NCBI RefSeq assembly: GCF_009914755.1
Contig: NC_060942.1
Length of the DNA stretch: 64,000 bases
Direction: 5' to 3' (one strand)
DNA from: the human T2T-CHM13v2.0 reference genome, Homo sapiens
The notes beneath the pieces are model-generated. The model worked only from the letters and a program-made list of their open reading frames with translations. It searched no databases and was not told where the DNA came from. This document shows positions 55,404 to 64,000 of the stretch, one piece after another (position 1 is the stretch's first letter; each line of letters begins with the position of its first letter). The position numbers and the translations under genes are program-made.

Positions 55404-56002
55404 ACCAAAAGGATTCCTGAAAGAGTGTGATTCAGTTTTCCTGAATTCTGTCTTCTGGTACATTCGTTCGCTGGATCCGCAAAACTGAGAATAAGACTCG
55501 GGACCATGGTGAAGCCAGCTGCTCTCCTTAGATAAAATTTCTATCTTGTCTCTAACACAGTTTACATAATTTAATTTTTCTAGCAGAGTATTTTTTCTTG
55601 ATGTGATTTCCACAGAATGTTAAAGCAGAATACAAATAAAAATGTTTAATGTTTATTCTTAAATTTTATCTTCAAAATGAGTCATAATTGTTTTTGTTTA
55701 CACCTAGATCTTTGAGGTTCATTGAATTATTGAGGTCTAAGAGTAAATTACAATGCTTATATAAAAGAAGCTTGTTTTTTTGAATCTCTCAGAGCTGACT
55801 CTGAGAGACACTAGGGATTAAGGAGGTAACAAACCTAGATATCAAAAAATTAAGAACAGGAAACGAATCAGTTTGAATTATCAGATGAGAGAGAGAGGAA
55901 GTCGCCAAGGGAGGAAACAGGAAAAAAGAGGTGATACCAAAGCAGCGATGCTCCACAATAGAGATACGCAGAGAGAGCAGGATCTAAGAGCAGCTTAGCA
56001 TC

Positions 56003-56818
56003 TTTTTTGAAATTTTTTAAAATTTCCATAGGTTTTTGGGAAACAGGTCGTGTTTGGTTACATGAATAAGTTCTTTAGTGGTGATTTGTGAGATTTTGGT
56101 GCACCCATCACCCGAGCAGTGTACACCATACCCAATTTGTAGTCTTATCTCTCATCCCCGTCCCACCCTTTTCCCCAAGTCCCCAAAGTCCGTCGTATTA
56201 TTCTTATGCCTTTGTGTCCTCACAACTGAGCTCCCATTTGTCAGTGGGAAGATACAATATTTGGTTTTCCATTCTTGTGTTGCTTCACTTAGAATAATGG
56301 TTTACAATTCCATCCAGGTTGCTGCAGATGCAGTTATTTTGTTCCTTTTTATGGCTGAATAGTATATATATATATACACACACACACACATCATAATTTC
56401 TTCATCCACTCACTGATTGATGGACATTTGAGCTGGCTCCTTATTTTTTTTGCAATTGCAAATTGTGCTGCTATAAACATGTGTGTGCAAGTATTTCTTT
56501 TGTATAATGATTTCTTTTCCTCTGGGTAGACACCCAGTAGTGGGATTGCTGGATCAAATGACAGTTCTACTTTTAGTTATTTAAGGAATCTCCACACTGT
56601 TTTCCATAGGGGTTGTACTAGTTTACATTCCTACTCGCAGTGTGAAAGTGTTCCCTTTTCACTGCATCCTCGCCAACATCTATTATTTTTTAATTTTTTG
56701 ATTATGGCCATTCTTTCATGAGTAAAGTGGTATCACATTGTGGTTTTGATTTGCACTTCCCTGGTAATTAGTGATGTTGAACATTTTTTCATAGGTTTCT
56801 TGGCCATTCGTGTATCTT
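56003..56818 (-). mobile_element. L1PB (PB1-like) 3' ~0.8 kb
   Basis: tttccataggtttttggg...ggttacatgaataagttctttagtggtgatttgtgagattttggtgcacccatcacccgagc. Confidence 0.92.
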
Positions 56819-57180
56819 GAAAGTTACAGAGAAATAGTAGCTTTCTCTTGATAGACAAAGACGGAGTGAGAGAGAATTGCTATTTAATTAGAATTATTGA
56901 TTTTATCCTAATTATTATTTTTATTTTTTCCCAAAGAATACTATCTCTTATTCAGTATTTGTAGATATCTAGGTTGAGTGGTTTTTGACCAAGCAGTAAT
57001 TGTGAGAAAGAGATAATATTGCAGCTATGGAAGTTGGCAAGGACCTGAAGTACACCACTAGCAATGTCAAAACTGGAATTTATCCATGGTTGGATAATCA
57101 TGTATGTGAAGTGATTCGGGTGCTAAAAATTTAATATCTGCTGATCTAAACACTAGTATTTTTTAAAAACAAGATTGCAT

Positions 57181-57562
<382 letters not shown>

Positions 57563-58964
57563 TTATCTTGTAGAAATATACAGGACTTTGATTAGAAGAT
57601 TAGACATATCTTCACTTCATACATTCCTACAGAATCATTTTATAGCTTTAAAAAATTTTATAACAGTTTGTAAAACATTTATTTGTATGCCCATAAGATA
57701 CAGACAAAAGCTGTAGATGCTCTGTGAATTTTTTTTTCTATTTAGGATGCCAAAGGTAAGAGGTACATGTATTAGTCTTCATTTCCATCAATATCTATTA
57801 AGCATCTACTGGGTGTTTTTAGTGTTGGGTTGATGTATAAAATTACCCATGTTAGAAGATACTGAACAAGTGTTAAATCACTTGATAAAAACATCCAGAA
57901 AGTTTCATGGAAGCTGGATACTCCAACTTTATTCTAGATGGGCTTCACTTACTTTGATTAAATTGATTCATTAATTTAAACTACTAATCTGTCTGAATTG
58001 TTTTCATTGTTGAATGGAAAAGATTTTTGATTAAGTAATTCTAACCATTCAATCATGCATGACAAGTGACATAAATTAGATTTTATATATATAGCATATC
58101 TTATTAAATTTTCAATTGTAACTACTACTCAATCTGACTACTGCATTATTGATTGTTTTCTGATGTTTCAGAAACACCAGAGACAAGTTATGTCCAATGA
58201 CTAACTTTTATATTTGTTTAACACTTTTTAAAATAAGATTTAAATGAATTGAATAAAAATATATAGGCCAATTTTGAGTTACAAGACAAATTTAATTTGA
58301 AAACTATCTTTGAAAATCAGAATAGTCAGTTTTGTATTTAAAATACATATTCATAATGTATACAGAAATTATTCAATTCACTGTGACAGGACATTTATTT
58401 TACAACCATGATTATAAATATTAATTTTAAAATTAATGTACTACTTAAACAAGATACATTCTTGATAGAATTTGAATAGAAGATAGAGATTGCAATATAT
58501 TAATCTTACATATCCCACTAAGATCAAAGCAGTGATCTGATAAAAAAAAAAGTATTGTAACTCTTTTGACTTGCCCTGTACTTATTTAGAAAAAAAAATC
58601 AGTTTTGAAATGCAAAAACCATATAGGTAAAACATTATTACAATCAACTTGCTTGTTGATAACACTGACATCTTGACTAAAAAGATAAAATGTTTCTTAT
58701 GTCAATTTGGTAGCAATTTTACTCCTGTAGAAAATGGCTGTGACTCACTGGTCATGCCATTATTGAGTATGCAGGGACTTGGTTTTCTCAGCATCCTACA
58801 GAATCTTATATGTACCCACTACACTATATCATCTTGATCTAGAGTGCATGAAACATGAAATTTCAGGAACCTATTCAGGATCTGCCCTCCAAAGTTAATG
58901 ACAAAGTGCAAGTCCTTATGATTCTCACCACTTATAATGATGCATGAAGACTGGCAGGTCACAC

Positions 58965-59369
58965 TGTGTTTGTCCATTTGAGTTACTATAAAGGAACACC
59001 TGAGACTGAGTAACGTATAAAGAAATATATTTGGTTTACAGTTCTGCAGGCTGTACATGAACCATACTAACAGCATCTGCTTCTGGTGAGGGCCTCAGAA
59101 AGATTGCAATCATGGCAGAAGCCCAAGGGGAACCAGCATATGAGAGAGGGAGAAAGAGAGGGAAACGGGGGAGGTCCCATACTCTTTCATCAACCAGATC
59201 TTGAATGAACTAACAGAGTGAGAACTCACTCATTACCATGGATGGGGAGGGCACAAACCTATTCAGGAGGGATCTACCCCCATGACACAAACACCTGACC
59301 CCACCTCTGAAACTGGGGAATCACATTTCAACAAGAAATTTGGAGGGGACAAACATCCAAATTATATCA
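58965..59369 (-). mobile_element. MSTB-like MaLR solo LTR
   Basis: ctataaaggaacacctgagactg...cagcatctgcttctggtgagggcctcag...tggaggggacaaacatccaaattatatca. Confidence 0.88.
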
Positions 59370-59374
59370 CACTA

Positions 59375-59830
59375 AATCTTGGAGAAACATTGTATCAGCA
59401 TTTGATTGTACTACTCCAACCCATTTGTTGCCAAATTAGTAAGCCTATCTATCAGAAAGGCTGAGAGAAAGAGAAGGCTCTTCAGCTGGTCCAAGCTGCA
59501 ATGTAAGTAGCATAGACACTTGGGCCACTTACACTGGTGGCCCCAGTGTTGCTTGGTGTATCTGTAGTTGCTCAGAAATGCTGTATGGAACCTGAAGCAA
59601 AGCAATAGGGTCGCTGCTATGCAGTTGGGATAGGAAAGAGTATGCCATCAAATCAGGGAATTTTAAGGGTGCTTCTCAGTTTTGCCATGTTCAATGCTAA
59701 CAGTTAATGTAAAACTACAATAACCTTATAAAGGCTGGACAATCATGCACTAAAATATATTAGGGGTAATGAATCCAGAAAGTGGAAATATGGAATGATT
59801 GGTGGAAGAGTTAAATTACAAATCACAAGT
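59375..59830 (+). mobile_element. Degenerate ERVL-type internal (pol-like) sequence
   Basis: gagaaggctcttcagctggtccaagctgca (EKALQLVQAA) and atgctgtatggaacct resemble ERVL RT-connection region. Confidence 0.6.
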
Positions 59831-60819
59831 GTGATTTCCTGAGCCATTGGAGAAATCAGAATGGTGGTTACTATTTATATCTTCTAATTGCTTTGCCATA
59901 TCATGTATCTACCTATGTACATTAATAAACATCCACCTCACTTTCTTACCCGAATTATTTTATATATGGTATTTGTGAAGTTTATTTTGCCTGAGACTGG
60001 AATATTTTGTACTTTCAAATAATATCAACCATGCCATTATTATTTAAAAGTATAAAATATGGGGACTCTGGCAGGTAAAATAAAATTTCAAATTACATTC
60101 ATGTTACAGAATATCAAAATGCTTATATAACTGAACTAGATGAGGAAGAAATATCATTAGAGATAGAAGCTGATGATTTTGAGGACATTTTGTTTTGGCA
60201 AGAATGTGAACTTGTTTTCACATTTATAGGTAAAATTGTATTTTCCTGAGATGGGAGGGTGGAGCCTATTATTTTCATTGTTAGAAAGTTCAAGTATGGA
60301 AAAAGGCTGCTTGTTCATATTGAGAAATTTATGACTGGATTATAAAGGCTGGAACGCTTAAAATATGTTCCAATCCTTTTTTGTATTGAGAAATTTCCAT
60401 ATATATCCTGCAGAGAATCTAATAAACTGCATTTCTCAGTTTGCTTTGTCACTAGAATTTACACATGTGACTTTGATTATGCTAAACCAATGTTCCCTTA
60501 AAAAACTCAGATTTGCTAGCAAGTTTATGAGGAAATAGGACATGAGGCATCCTTCTTCTGGTATGAAGAAGGTTATCAAAGGTAGCAAGCTCCTGAGGTG
60601 ATGATGGTAGCCACAGATCCTCCAGAGAGGCAGAGGCAGCAGAGTTCCAAGGTGAGTGACAGCCACAGTCTTTTCCCCGGAGGGTTATGTAGAGTGTGTT
60701 TTTTTTTTTGTTGTTGTCGTTTTTTTGTTGTTGTTGTTTTTGTTTTTTTTTTTTGTCTCTTAAAACTTCAGGGGAAAATCTATTCCTTCAGTCCTTTAAC
60801 AATCCAGTAAACTAACTTT

Positions 60820-61268
<449 letters not shown>

Positions 61269-62039
61269 TGAACTTGGAGGCAATATTTTTGGTGTCTCTG
61301 AATTCCAGTTCCATCATCAGATAAGATGATACATTGATTGGAATCTTGTGTTTTCAGCAGATGTGTGTGGAATTCTCTCGATGTACTTCTGTACATTGGT
61401 GATGTTGTATGATTCAGAATTCACACGGCTCACCATCGTCCCTCAAAGTCTCCATTACTTGGTTATCATTACTTACCTAAGACCAAACTTAATGATGCAT
61501 TTTCATCTTTCACATCCAAATTATGTTAAAACATGTACAGATATAGAACATAAAAGTTAAAAACTTGGACAGAATTAGAGGAAAATTAATTTAGGAAGAT
61601 AGATGGCTAAAGCAGTTTTCTGCTTTACGTACATTTGTAGATAAGGGCCTAAAAGCTATTGGGGTAGTTAGTGCCAAGCTAAGCATAGACACATACATTT
61701 CTGGAAGTTTTATTATTTTTTTCTTACATAAGGTCAAATGAACAATTATGTTCCATCATGTACTTCACTCCCAGATTCTGCTGTTACTGTCCCTTCCCTT
61801 GGATGTGCTTAAGGGTGACAGCTGCTAAACTTTATTTCATATTATCAGTTAACTTGTAACTACTCTGTATAATCTATACTATCTAAATAAAAGATTGAGC
61901 TTTCCAGGACCATGCTGATATTATTTAAAAGTATAAAATTTCAAGAATTGCACAGGGAAAAAATAAAACAGATATTTAAAAGGTGCAGGCATCATGCTAT
62001 ATCACATTGCAGTGGAAGCAAATGATTATAAATGACCTC

Positions 62040-62195
62040 CTGTGAGATGTTTAACCTCCCTCAGACACAATTTTCTCTCCTGTGAAAATAGAGGGAGTCA
62101 TCAATTAATACGTAGGGTAATTACATATGGTAAAGTATAAGAGAGGTGCTCAGCAATATTCTTGGCAATGAGTGAGCATTCTCCAAATGTTAGTT
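62040..62195 (+). mobile_element. MIR
   Basis: ttaacctccctcag...ctgtgaaaatag...aaatgttag. Confidence 0.5.
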
Positions 62196-62287
62196 CCCTT
62201 ATCTAACCCCTCAGAATCAATTAATAGTTTATATATCAATTATGGAAGATGTCAATGTACATAAATAATAACACAACAAAAGGAAGA

Positions 62288-63022
62288 AATTGATATCAGA
62301 ATCTTGAAAAGATACCGGCCCTCCCATGTTCTTTGTGGCATTATCTGCAATAGCTAAGATCTAGAAACAACCTAAATATCCATCAGTAAATGAATGGGCA
62401 AAGAAAATATGTGTGTGTATTCATGTAAATATAAAATGGAATATTATTCCACAATAAAAATGGCAATCCTCTCATTTGAGACAACACAGATGGGCAGGGA
62501 GGACATTATGCTAGGTGAAATAAGTCAGACACAGAAAATCAAATAGCAGATCATCTTGCTTACATGTAAAATCTAAATAGTCAAACTCGTAGAAGCAGAG
62601 AGTACAATGGTGGTTACCAGGATATATGGGCATGGGGGCAAGAATGAAGAAATGATGGTCAAAGGGTACAAAGTTTCAGTTATGCAGGAAAATGAAGTTT
62701 GGGTATATATTAATATACATATACAGTATATATTAATAGCATAGTACTTATAGCTAATAATACTATTAGGTTGGTGCAAAAGTAATTGTGATTTTACCAT
62801 TGAAAGTAATATCAAAAACCTCAATTACTTTTAAGATGGTAGATTTTATGTTAAATATTCTTATCACAAACTAATAATAATAAGGATGGGAGGAAATTTT
62901 TGGAGGTGACGGAACTGTCTGTGAATTTCATGGTAGCAATACTTTCATGGGTGTATATATGTGCTTATCCCCTAACTTGTCAAGTTGCAGACATTAAATA
63001 TGTACAGTGTCTTACATGATAA
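62288..63022 (+). mobile_element. L1MA/MB 3' end
   Basis: tagaaacaacctaaatatccatcag...ggacattatgctaggtgaaataagtcagacacaga...gtcaaagggtacaaagtttcagttatgcagga. Confidence 0.88.
62766..62832. mobile_element. MADE1 (Hsmar1-derived MITE), right end truncated
   Basis: ttaggttggtgcaaaagtaattg...aaaaacctcaattactttt. Confidence 0.9.
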
Positions 63023-63975
63023 TCATGAGATTAACATGAGATATGAAAGAACATGAGATATGACATTTCTTCTGACCAAATGAAAGACAAAAAAGACTAC
63101 AGTACAATAAGTCCTGGCTTTCCTATCAAAGAACTGCATCATTTTTGCCAAGTCATGTGCTACACATGCCCTTGATTGGCTTCCCCTTCTGAGAAGTGAA
63201 GCATTTCGGCCGTATGATCTCAAAATCCCTTTCTGATTTATGGAATTATATTAATTAATTATATATATATTTATCCATAGTTATTTGGATTTACTTTTCA
63301 ACATACAAAGGTGTAATTTAATTCTTATATTTGTTTTATAATCTTTAAAACCTAATTTTTGTTATTTGAGATTGTAAAAATTAAGTTTACATTATGTAGC
63401 TGAGAAGTAGGTAACTATCTATTCTGTATTACTGTGAGTTAGCCTGAATTTCAAGTAAAAGCATCTTCATTTTTCTTACTTTTTATATACAGCAATATCA
63501 TCATAGGGTCATTTTGTAATGATCTTTTCAGTTTTCTAGTGCGGTGAAATAATTAGAAATAGAATGAAATTGGCTGGTCATTGCTCACACATTCAAGTAG
63601 CTATTCCTTCTGCAAGTATTATCAGTGTAAACCACTGACAGTCTGCTTTAGAGTTGGGGGACAGCCTTGCTTTCTTCAGGTAAATTGCAGCTGGCAGACA
63701 CAAAGTATTTTAACTTCCTGTCTAACTTCTTTTAAAACATGATCTGCATCTGTCCCTATCTTTATGCCATCTCTTATTGTCCCAGAGAATCTTCCCTTTA
63801 GTATACACCTTTATCTACAATCTTGCTCAATCACATTTCCTCTGGGACTTCATCAATTTCCTCCTCTCTCTCTAGTAAGAAATTCCAGTGAGTTTGTTAA
63901 GAACCTGAATTCAGTCTACCTCTGCCACTGCTAGCTATGTGCACTTGGGCATATTATTTAGAAGTCTGTGTCTGT

Positions 63976-64000
63976 CCCGGGAGGCAGAGGTTGCGGTGAG
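63976..64000 (+). mobile_element. Start of a 5'-truncated Alu running off the window
   Basis: cccgggaggcagaggttgcggtgag. Confidence 0.75.

Noticed and set aside
49250-55950. Long AT-rich stretch with few recognisable repeats as possible lncRNA exons or enhancer
   Set aside because: No feature can be supported from sequence alone; needs conservation or RNA data

Overview
This is primate (almost certainly human) genomic DNA: AT-rich, Alu/L1/LTR-laden, and containing one protein-coding gene, DSEL (dermatan sulfate epimerase-like, DS-epimerase 2). DSEL is on the minus strand, with its whole ~3.67 kb CDS in a single exon. From splice and poly(A) signals I infer a non-coding exon 1 in a CpG island (~30953-31330), an 865-nt intron (30088-30952) and a ~8.9 kb exon 2 ending near an AATAAA at 21193-21198. 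The GC-box-rich CpG island looks bidirectional; an antisense lncRNA, DSEL-AS1, is recalled for this locus. The rest is interspersed repeats, including several nested insertions. There is no prokaryote-type system, and I cannot support any other ORF in the track as a gene. The most interesting unexplained structure is a three-copy local repeat straddling the DSEL poly(A) site. On the DSEL strand each copy reads as a 25-26 nt micro-exon-like unit (AG...GTAAG), two copies took independent Alu insertions, and one donor sits just upstream of one arm of an inverted Alu pair in the 3'UTR. The leader carries ~24 upstream AUGs and a cluster of competing start codons. Repeat subfamily names come from recalled consensus sequences, not a search, and boundaries of old repeats are approximate.
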